From assembly GCA_040954595.2 (NCBI GenBank), contig CM082581.2, forward strand, positions 5,386,699 through 5,450,698: a DNA stretch of 64,000 bases, written 5' to 3'. A model generated the notes under the pieces. It searched no databases. It saw only the letters and a program-made list of their open reading frames with translations, and was not told the DNA's origin. Position 1 is the stretch's first letter. Each line of letters starts with the position of its first letter. The position numbers were made by a program, and so were the translations under genes. The DNA is from Balanoglossus misakiensis. Taxonomy: Eukaryota > Animalia > Hemichordata. This document shows, piece after piece, positions 13,301-23,900 of the stretch.

Positions 13301-14961
13301 CAATGCTTGGCGTGTGACCCTCTTCTCTTCGTCAAATGCATACCAATTGCATATACTATCACAGTGACTGTACTTTGTATCACAAACACTGTAACCGCAC
13401 TTCAATGATACGTCAACTGCGGTCGATTCGTACTCAATTAGCAGGGGATAGGTATACGTGACGTTTACTTCAGTTGCCTTTTCTCTTCTTTCTATCGATC
13501 TCCCCCACTTCAACCGCTATCAGGCGACACGTCGATATTCACAACGAACGGCGAGTGGGACTTGAAAGCCATGGAGTCGACCAACAACGTCGCCTACTAC
13601 CCGGACACGCCCGGCATACCCTACACGGACGTGACGTTCGTCATCGACTTCCAGCGCCGCAGTCTCTTCTACGTCTTCAACTTGCTGATGCCGTGCACGC
13701 TGATCTCGCTGATGACCGTGTTGACGTTCTTCTTGCCGGCCGAGTCCCAGGGCAAGATAAGCCTCAGCGTCACCGTCCTCCTATCGCTCACCGTCTTTCT
13801 CTTGCTCGTCGCTGAAGTCATGCCGGCTGCCGACGAGGTGCCGATTATCGGTGAGTCTCCAGCGAATCAATATGCAAATAGCACTCTCCCGTTTCTCCCC
13901 CTGCTCATTTCGCAGTGATTTTTTTTCTCACTCGCCGAATTTGGCCTTCGGTGAAAACACTTTAATTGAAAATATAAATTGAATACACTGTCACCCCATC
14001 ATTTCTTCTAACGTGCTCAGCAAATTTATGAATAATACTGAGCATTACCCATTATTGGATTGCCAGTGGTCAAATTACTGTGGTCCTAAATGGTACTTGT
14101 AGCAATTTGCTCCGAGACATGGTTTGTAATGAGAGTCAATAATTGCAATAAATCAGACGATCCATATTAAAAAATCCTTATGTCACATAACGCAGTAGAC
14201 AACAAGCACAGTATATACACGTACATAGAAGTCAAATCCATGCAAGAATGACAGTCATACCCTTTATGAGACTTACATTGGTGAGACTGGCATTATGTAC
14301 TGGTGAAAGGTTTTTCGTTGACGCCTTCAGATCATGCTTATAACTTTATTTTTTTTACTTCTCAGGCCAATACTACGCTGCCACAATGATCTTGATCTCG
14401 ATTTCGCTATCTATGAACGTTCTTGTTGTAAACGTGTACTTCCGAGGCCCGGATCGGGACAGTGGGCCGGCGCCGGCGTGGGCCAAGAAGCTGATAACCG
14501 GGTACTTAGCCTGGGTTTTGAGCGTGAACGTCGACGACGACCCCAAAGCTCCGACCGAGAGGACTCCGGAGACCGTGCCTCTCATGGAAATAAACTGCAA
14601 CTCTCAGGGGTCGGCCAACATCGTCAACTTGCTGGACCCCTCCCGACAGAACTCGCCGATACCGTCGCTGAGGCGGAAGTTCTACGCGGACGACAGGTAC
14701 GCGCAGAACAGCTGCAACGGCGACGGACGCAACTCCAGCAGGGACGACGAGGACCAGAACATTCTCCTGCGGCTCGTCCTGAAGGAGCTGCGGATGATGA
14801 ACATGCAGCACGAGAAACAGAAACAGCGAGCCAAGGTCTCCACCGAGTGGAAACGGATGGCCAGGGTCATCGACAGGTTTTGTCTTATCATTTACGTCAT
14901 CGGAACAATCAGCACGGTTTTAGTTAACGTTTGTCAAATTCCCTGGGAGCGGCTACAATAG
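4208..14961 (+). CDS. Nicotinic acetylcholine receptor-like (Cys-loop ligand-gated ion channel) subunit, gene 1; join(4208..4347,10560..10604,11297..11406,12651..12853,13524..13850,14366..14961); signal-peptide exon not securely located
   Basis: Six AG/GT-bounded exons join in frame (about 473 aa to TAG at 14959-14961). Motifs: KLLDDLF..Y.PEIRPV, DEKNQ, WQDEYLMWN, LWVPDI, Cys-loop CKIDTRYFPFDRQQC, NGEWDL, M1 RRSLFYVFNLLMPC, M2 KISLSVTVLLSLTVFLLLVAE, M3, and M4 EWKRMARVIDRFCL. Confidence 0.95.
7538..7551. promoter_or_regulatory. RFX X-box-like motif (intronic)
   Basis: gttaccatggcaat versus the consensus GTTNCCATGGNAAC. Motif match only. Confidence 0.25.
8510..8763. mobile_element. Degenerate MITE-like / foldback inverted-repeat element in an intron of gene 1
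   Basis: tttaatgtttttcaacaaccaacctattttttat (8536-8569) is a near reverse complement of ataaaaaaggtgggttgttgaaaaacattaaa (8716-8747). The arms extend, with an indel, to ttaatgtttt (8510) and aaaacattaa (8763). No coding capacity recognised. Confidence 0.55.
9571..9584. promoter_or_regulatory. RFX X-box-like motif (intronic)
   Basis: gttgccatagcaat. Motif match only. Confidence 0.22.
10560..10604 (+). CDS. nAChR-like gene 1, 45-nt exon (loop D)
   Basis: tttcag|...|gtgagt; translates DEKNQKLTSNTWITL. Confidence 0.93.
11297..11406 (+). CDS. nAChR-like gene 1, 110-nt exon (loop A)
   Basis: ccgcag|...|gtaaga; translates IWQDEYLMWNEDEYDGVNNFKIYADRLWVPDIYFYQ(N). Confidence 0.94.
12651..12853 (+). 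CDS. nAChR-like gene 1, 203-nt exon (Cys-loop, loop B)
   Basis: ttacag|...CAG|gtatac; translates AASKYENFLAGHLAVVYSHGEIYWAAPVIFECHCKIDTRYFPFDRQQCVMKFGTWQHDGTEVALNGS(G). Confidence 0.95.
13524..13850 (+). CDS. nAChR-like gene 1, 327-nt exon (loop C, M1, M2)
   Basis: tatcag|...|gtgagt; translates DTSIFTTNGEWDLKAM...YYPDTPGIPYTD...RRSLFYVFNLLMPC...PAESQGKISLSVTVLLSLTVFLLLVAEVMPAADEVPII(G). Confidence 0.95.
14366..14961 (+). CDS. nAChR-like gene 1, last coding exon (M3, cytoplasmic loop, M4)
   Basis: Polypyrimidine tract then ctcag|; translates QYYAATMILISISLSMNVLVVNVYFRGP...PAWAKKL...EWKRMARVIDRFCLIIYVIGTISTVLVNVCQIPWERLQ*. Confidence 0.95.
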
Positions 14962-17900
14962 ACGTGTCATCCAATTTCGAAACCAACGTCCACCAGCGAT
15001 AATATACATGTATATGACTCATCTGTGTTGGTATTTCAACTTGAACTAGAGCTGTGTTATCAGCTTACAGTACATCTATAAAACTGAACAATACTGAAGA
15101 CTATAATCCACGCGAATCTCTGCCAAGCCCAGCGCGTGAAGCATTAGCCGATGCAATGTAATATCGATGGTTCAGTAATCTTAATAAGGATAGTGAAGCA
15201 CTCGAGTTCTGTGTTGTACCAGAGTATACCCACAATTCGTGCATCGTGGTAAGACGTACGGAAATTAGAGCACTCATGCTGCAATGAAGCTATAGGGCGA
15301 AACATTTTGACATAATTCGGATACCACGACCGTTGAATAACAACCCTTAGGTATTAAAATCGATGTTCTTTAAGTAACAATCGATTAGAAGTCCTACAAA
15401 TATACAAATGCCACCTCTGAGCGTGTGAGGGGGCATGTTTTGCGGGTACAGTGATTCAAGATTGACCTGACGTGACAGGTAATCATAGTGACATGAATCA
15501 TATGCTTTGATCATCACCTCGGGGGTTCTAACACAGGTCGTCATCAGAGCACGCATGTGTCAACGAAAGACTTTGGTGTTAGTTTGTGTGTGTGTACACA
15601 GCAGGACAAACGAATAACAGAAGTACGTGTACAAGACAAAATTCACGGTTTATGGTTCAACAAAGTATCAAAGTCTCGAATATATTCATAAAATCGAATA
15701 GTCACCAGTAGGGAGTTATTCACTGCCTACCGTGACTGATGCAAGGCGGCAATTGCAGCCGAAAAAAATCGAAGGAGCGTGATACGTGTGAAATAGAGCG
15801 GTTCAGTATGTCACACTGACAGTCCATGTATACCTCGTTTAGACTTGACAAGTTGTGGTGATGCACATATTTACAAGTAAGCTGGATTGTGGGCAGGTTG
15901 TTACGAAAGGGGCAATCATGATGCCATGCATTAGATAAAGGCAAATCAATCCGACGAGTTCATTAAATCTCTAAATACGACATCACGGCAGAGACCTACA
16001 TCCTTTGTTGGGATTACTTTTCATTAGATTTAAGACGAACCATTTCTAATATACAAAGGTCCCGGTGATATGCCATTTGAAAATTCCTTCCTTTGATAGT
16101 ATAACCAAAATTGTCATAATACCGCTATACTATTCCGAGTCTTTCAGAATTGGATTTCGTACACCGTATCTACTGTGGGATTTCTTTAGAGAGTGTGCGA
16201 ATGACATTTATGTATGCAATTTACTTTCGGGTGGATAAAAAAAACTTTTGAGTAGGTTACCGTGTCGTTGTGTCATATGCAATAGTATGTTGAGATAACA
16301 TAACATTTTACATCATTTGTGCAGTCCCACCTTTGTCGCTGGTAGAGAACTGTTCAATTCAGCATTGTATAGGTCAGTTGCCCGATTACTGAATAAACCA
16401 GGACACACGCCCTAAATATTACTGAGACAATAGTTGTATAAGCAGAGAGCAGTGTGATCTTCTAGGAGAGGATGCCTTTTCGCATTGATCTTCAGTGAAA
16501 TCTCAGAATTCATAGCATGATCAGGTCACTGTTAATGGCTTATACATGAAAATACGCAATCGTGCATAAACATTTTATGAACATTGTCTACTTGTTTCCT
16601 AGGATACCAACCAACCGTTCCACCTTCCATCGCTGACACTACAAGCAATATTTGTCAGAAACAGTTTGATGAAGCTACATGTACATTGTTTTATGGATAG
16701 GCAACAATAAAGATACTCTTACAAACTGCTATATCACTGTGTTCATCTAGCATGAGGTTGTATGTGTTGGGGTGGCTGTGAACAAAAATGGGTTTGAGTC
16801 GTGTATATGTACGATACGATTTATAATAAGTATTCCCACAAAAGCAAGAAAATGACAAATTAACTAAACGCGCAGCATTTGTATATAGAGACAAATGCTT
16901 GTCTGACATTCAAAAGTTTCGACATGGCTTCCGGGTACTCGGCAAGCTGGTGTCAGAGTGAGTGCCATCATCAATGATTTTATCTGATCTGTGAACACGA
17001 CACACAGAATTGATTCGACTGGAGTCAATGACTTCGAAAACGACCGTTATGTTCGTCTAGGCTGTTATTTCTTCTTGCGACTGAGTGTCCTTTTTCATGC
17101 ATAGCAAAGGGTAATGGAAAAAGTGGGTATTAAAGTACGTTCAACGACTCTCAATCAATCATGGCGAGTGCGTAGCACGGTAGAGGAGGTTACGCATGCC
17201 CATTGCGGACACCTGGTACCCCTACTTACCTTTGGTTTAAGATGGCCCTATACACTTATTGCCGTCTACGGAACTGATAGTTCTCTTACCTTCTATGAGA
17301 GCAATCATTGGCCTTGTTTTGGAATTCGCTGGTATAGTCATGTACAGAGAGGCAAAAAAATCGGGTTTACTTAAGAAATTCCAAATTTTGCTTACAAAGT
17401 TAACATACATATTCTCTGACAACATTGAATTTATAACATTTGCATGTAGCAAGTAAAAATACCAGCAACATTTCGTTGGTTATAACACTGTAATATGAAG
17501 TGCTTACGTATAATAATGGTTGCTGTGTGCTTAGTGGGTCGCATATACATGTAGTGTGGAATTTCTGTTAATTCAGTAGCTTCGGTCCAAGGATATCGGG
17601 TTGCTACATGTAGGTACACATGCAGATCAATAACACTAGTGTATAATAATGTTCGTTACAGTATCGTTAAATTTTAATATAACATGAACTTATTATAAGC
17701 ATATTTCATTTTATTACCCAGTCATGACTCGCATGATTGTGCGTATTTTTAAATAATGCACAGAGGGGAATGTTTCAATCGAGTTCAATTCAAGTTATTT
17801 CAACAGGGTATAAATTAAGTTTTTTGCCCGTGTGACATCGATAGCGCCACCACCCGACAAACACCTTATCTCATTTTTCTTGTCGAATTCCGGTCATATT

Positions 17901-20900
17901 TAGTACTAGTGTGACGGATGATGGCGCTGTCTAAGCTTACACATTGACGCGGTATTAAATGACTACTATAAAAGGGTACCCACCTGTCCTAGATACTTAG
18001 ACGCTGTCATTAAATGAAGAGCAAACAAAAGGCTATACATGTACTCAAATGTGAATTGATGCCAAAGGAAACAAACCGCGGACAGATCTCTGGACATATC
18101 TACATGAATCTCTGTATACAGAGTATATCATGGCAAAAGTGGATTTTCGAGGGGAAATTTTAGCCAGGGTAAGTCAAACCGACGGAAAAAAAGTACATGT
18201 GCTAAATTCACAACATCCTTTGTGAGAATAAAATATTCAAGGTGCAGGAAGTCTGTAATTGGCTTGCCATGTTAGCTGACTCATCTTCTCTTGAAAACTG
18301 GTCGTCCGGGGGTCTCCTAGTACTTGGAAGTTGGCCGTGATTGATTGGCATCGGTGATTGGTCAAGTTCTTCCATATAATTAGGTGTTTGTCAGACTAAC
18401 GGACCAAGTTTGTCTAACAACATATAAATCTATTTTATACCTTCCGGCGCGTCATGGGTATCTCACCAAATTGACAACCAACAGCCCCTAAATAACATTT
18501 TGAACCTTCACACGGTACATCCTGAAGCCAAATCACTTGCCATTATGTACCCATGTCGCGTTCGCCATGATGTGTTTTCTTTTCTCACACTGTCGAAGTC
18601 AAAAAAGTGCCATGACACTTTCCTGTCCACATAGTTATGACTACATCCATATGCAAGAGTTAAAATCACGGCGCGTTATTGTAATTGCGTCTGTCAGGCA
18701 TTTAAGTACACCTGACCTGTCTTAGCCTGTTTTGAATTATACATACACGATTTCTAGCTGAAGGTCATACCTCTAGGCCTGACCTCGCGGTAATACCATG
18801 ACATTTGCATTGTATCAATGGGTAAAAAGAAATGATAGTATACTATAAAACGTCCAGACTGCTCAGACGGTCACACTGCAGCAATACAACCTTCGAATCA
18901 TGTTTCGCGTTTCTTTATCGGCAAGTTCAAGTACTGTATTCAACAAATATTTAATACAGTATAATCTGTTTCACATTTCGCAAAATTACACAATTTAAAC
19001 GTAGCGAAGTCTTAAGTTTGGTCCTAGTCCCCGCTAAATAAGTAAAAGTCACGTTGTTTTAGCATCCATGGATTTTCGGCGATTAGCAATTGTTCTCACA
19101 GAAAACATTTTACGTGTATGTGATCATAAGGGCGATTTCATTTTGCAGCAGACTTGCTTTTAAACACGCACTGTCTGTATTTTAAGAAACCGCCGCTGCT
19201 TTGTGAAGTGTTGCGAACATTAATATTAACGGCATGCACCGTACATTTTCCCGCCGAAAAGTGTAAAAGGGGATGTTTCTGACGTCGCTTCAGTCTTATT
19301 TAATGAAATCAACAATTCAGACAAGGATGGGGTTTGATTTGCGCTCCCGAAGGTTTGATCGTCTAATTATCAACTGCTGTCCTAGTTTATTCCTAAGATC
19401 CCGACGGATGGGCTGTTTAAGGGGAAAACACGCACTCACGCCTCTTGTGGCTTACCGAACAATGTTTTTGTTTGTTTCCACTTTCAACTGTAGCAATAAT
19501 TTAAAAAATATACCGTGCTCATATTTATCGTCAAAGAATCAAGTTTGGATTAAATCAGCTGAATCACTTTCTGTTGGTCTGAAATAAAATGATTTTGGAC
19601 AAAAACATGGCCAAGAATGACAATAAAGACACGCCGACAATATTGGAATACGAATGGGCAAAATGGCTTGCTCATGTCTACCACAGGGCGTTACACTTCA
19701 GTCAGCCTTTAGAGACATCGGTTTAGACACACCTGCAGAATAATAGGATAAACATGTAGTTTGACAGGACTAACAAAAAACTCGGCTTAAACCAGACTTC
19801 ATCTTGACTTCAGGGAAATCAGGGCCTTGATCTGATTAAGTATTCCCTTTATTGACATGAATGATCGCTCGTGACCTACATCATCTCAGACAGGCGGCCA
19901 TTGCCCGAGCCGCCATTATCTATTTCTAGAAATTAGAACCTATAAAACCTGAGATAATCAGAAATTTGATGTGACCGATAAGAGTGTTAAATTCTAATTT
20001 TTTCCACTAGGAATGTTTTAGTTTATTTTTGATACTATTACCTTGGGCTAATGGGATAATTTTCAGGATATTGATCAACCCTAAGTTTTTATGACTTAAC
20101 CCGATCGCGTTCAACGACAAATATTCAAGGACAGGGAGAGTTCGATTTTGACCGGAGAGGGGTGTACTAGTTGACCTTCCCCACAAACGTATAAAAATCG
20201 CACGACCCCACCCCCTCCTGTCCCGAAATGCTATGACCCTCCCTTCCAATAATGGCTGTAACAATGTTTTAGTGGTATTTCAAATTTAGAACCGCACGAC
20301 TCGAAAATCAAAGTCTTCAGCCTTTTATTCAAATTTTGCTCACGGCAACTAAAAATTGAGAATGGATTTTGGGGGCGGTGGTGACGTCACCGTGCAACAT
20401 TTTGATAGAGAGAGCACAATCTCTGTGTTAACTGCGAGGGGGAAATAGTGATTTTTGTGAAAACCCTGCTTCCTTCTTATCAAATACACTTCTCAGTGAC
20501 ACGCATTTTAATATAACAAAGAATAGAAATGTTTGGAGGACTATCATTTTTCTGGAAACCTGTTCTCGAGGCGCGTACTACCTTAATATAAAAACAAAGC
20601 TGAATCAAACTGTTTGAAAGTAACAACAAGCGAGTCACCAGGTGTGTACGTGTGTATCTCCTAACGGGATATTTCAGAGTTAACATGCATGATACGGAGC
20701 ACTGAATGTAAAGCAGATAACTGATCAACCAACGTGATATTTATCACAAACAGTCTGCCTGAGTTTCCATCTCCTGCTACATCAGTTATGTGTGCACAGG
20801 GGTGGACCATATTAGATCCCCGTGAGTCTAGCTGGTAGAGAGAGTGTGAGTGCCTATTCTGCCACCAGGAGATCCACTCGCCGGAATCTTTTATTTTCAC

Positions 20901-23900
20901 ACCCCTACTATGCAGTCGTTGGGTGATATTTTTACACTGCATTCTCGCACCTGTACACAGAAAGAGTAAAACATTCTCCACGAGTTAAAATTTCACAAGT
21001 AACAACATGCTTTAAAAGGTGCTGAAAGATTCAAGCAATTCAATTCAAACATTTGATTTTTTTTTCAAGATTGTATGCCACAACACCACACGATAAACTG
21101 AAAGATTACTAGTATTTGGAAAAACAGATCATCAATCAAACCTTTTCTACAAAAACGGTTCATGGCGTTACAAGCAGTGTTGGTATATATCGCTATATAT
21201 TTTATTCAGATCGTTACAAAGTTCCGAACAACTTGTAACATATGGCGTCATCGGCCTACATGTACACTGGTCCTTTCTTACGAAAATCAACCTTTGCCCT
21301 GTAAATGTATAGGATGCAACTTACTTTAACCGATTCTAAGCGTGAAAGGTCACCACTTTCACGAATGGCCTTGCACCTTGAAACCATGTATAACATGTAT
21401 GCCCTAATACGTTGCTATCAAAACAGGGTTAACAAATTGCATGCGACAATCGTGTCAGTTTGACCTTCGACTCTGACAGAACAGAACCGGATTCGTTTTT
21501 ATGGTGGGTCCCCATGGAGCGGTTTTTCCGAATTATTGCGCAGGTGTATATGCAAATGATTCATCGAGGGCACAGCGTGTACTGCAAAGGCTTCTTTGCC
21601 TTCATCAGAAAATGTACAAGAGGAACCAAATTGTAACTTGTAAGAAAATGAACGCATACTGGTCAAACCAAAACCGGCAACCCAACCAGAATCAGCTGAA
21701 CTACTGTACGACCGTACGATTTGTTTAATGCATAACTGTATGTTCGCCTCCAAGTTTTATAACCAGCTGATACAATGCACTTGTTCCTCAATAAGCATGT
21801 CAGTTGTAGTGCAATGAGGTATAAGTACGTTTACCTCAATGTAAATCATGAATATAAATTTCGTACAGTGTAGCTTTAATAGAATAGTAAATGTATGCCT
21901 ACATCGAAAATAACGTTGCCCTATAAGCAAAGCCAACGGTCCCCTCAAACGAAAACCATTCATCCCCGACTTGAAATGTTCAGAACTCAATGATGCACGT
22001 GTTCAAGTAAAGTTCTTCCATTGGTCCGTGATTATCATGTGGCAATAATATTTTCACCCAAATACGGCTCTTCTGGGACATATACGACACGTTAGGATAG
22101 ATCATTCTAGAATATGCGCTTTTCAGTTAATACAAAACCGCAGTTGAGAGAGCTTTTAACTGATTGAACAAGGTGCAGTAATTGAAATAATACGCTGTCA
22201 CGTTGGAACAAGTTAGCAGCTGAATGCGTCAACGTCCTGGTGTAGGCGACAGCGCGATGATATGTTCTGACGTAATCAATGCGAGGATTCTGACATAGGC
22301 GGTGGTAAGTTTAGCTACGCTTCCTATACTAGCTATAAAATGACAAGAGAGTCATTGATGACAGCGTTGGGGGACGGATAGTCATATGGAATCTGTGTTT
22401 AAGCGTACTTAAATCGGGAAATTGTGAGCGGTATGCGTAACATCTGCCCGGGCGCTGCAGACCGTCACCACTGAGAGCGGTTTGCATCGCTGCACAGCGT
22501 TCGCCTTGTGAGTTCTTGCATCCCCTCCCACTCAGAAGCGAAATTACCGTCCATTTCTGTTTAATATCGACCGACATAGCATTGAAAATAGCAATAGCAT
22601 TTTTGTAGTTTAGGATATAAAACGTCAACTGGGGATAGGGCCTAGTTAATCATCCCTGATCGTCATTGTTTACAACTCCATACACGCGTGTATTAAACGA
22701 CCAGTAAAATACGCAATGCCTCTAACGGCATGCAGTTAATGACATAAGAAAGCTATAGTCCAGTAGCTGCAAGAGCCAAAAACAAAAAAATATTGCATTG
22801 AGTCAGGTTTGATTGTCTGTAAAGTTTTATTTAACCATGCGTTCATAAGCGACATCCTGCTCACTGAATTTGACAACCATGGCGATTTGTTATTTGTTAT
22901 CAACCTGTAAATTCTTGTCTTTCTGTGAGAGTACCGAACGACCAAATAATATCAGCTACATGATAGTGCATACGGAATTACAGTTCTGTCTTTATTATTT
23001 TTTCTTATCTGCGAACATGCAAACGTAAAATATAATTATCCAATTAGAATTTTATCTGGTAGTATTTTGTCGTTTTCCGTTATGTGTTAAGCATGTGATG
23101 ACATACATCATTTAAAATGATTAGTTACAACACAAAAGAATTGATAGGAAAACGGTTCTGATGAAATGCGTAAGGTTTTTATTATTTTGAAATGTTTCTT
23201 GCTAAACTCAACTTTTTTGTAGACCTTACCATGTATACTGTACAGGTACTGTATATGTGTATGTCGTTCTCAACCTGTGTAACTATCTACATCTTCTTCT
23301 CATAACTTTGCAAGTAATTTTGAAATCCTCTGCCATCTGTTCCATTCTTTAGATCATCGAATTAAAATCCGTCGAACGGGTTGCGTGCGTGACGTAACGA
23401 CGAATAGCCGAGCAAAACTTTTCCCGGGATGCACTGGTGTATCCTCCGCGAAACAGATAAAAGATAATCCGTTCAGTCGCAGAGATTTGTGTCCAGTTGC
23501 GGTCTGCTCACTAGGATTGAACAGAAGCTCACGAAACCCAAGGCCGTCTCAATGTCAGGACGAGTGATAGCGCAAGTGACTTTATAAAAGATAACCTGGC
23601 GTGATTTGTTGTGGCGGCGGGGACGAAGGGAGGCGGTTTCTCGAAGAGATACAAAGTCACACGTATTGGCTATTTGGCGGACGTTATATCAGCTGTGACG
23701 CAGACCCCGCCGTGTACTTATTGCACTCAATATTCCATTTGCCGTCTTGCCGCTCTCGAACGCATTGGAATCCGAAAAGGCCTTGACAACTTAATAGCAT
23801 CACGTCGGTAAGTCGATGAATCTTTGATACCACGTCTCAGAGCTCACCGTAGAATACTAAAGAGTTGGAATGCCGGGGCTGGGAGCAGCTCGCCGAGCTT

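Noticed and set aside
13474-14927. Alternative-frame and antisense ORFs over gene 1 (113, 197, 101 aa and others)
   Set aside because: They are shadow ORFs caused by the high GC3 of the real exons and carry no independent motifs.
4208-14961. Assigning the symbol CHRNA9 or CHRNA10 to gene 1
   Set aside because: The membrane region resembles alpha9/10 (short M2-M3 loop, GQYYAATM), but the missing Cys-Cys and overall divergence make orthology unsupported without a phylogeny.
20131-20260. G-rich/C-rich fragment resembling a MITE
   Set aside because: No convincing pair of terminal inverted repeats could be aligned.
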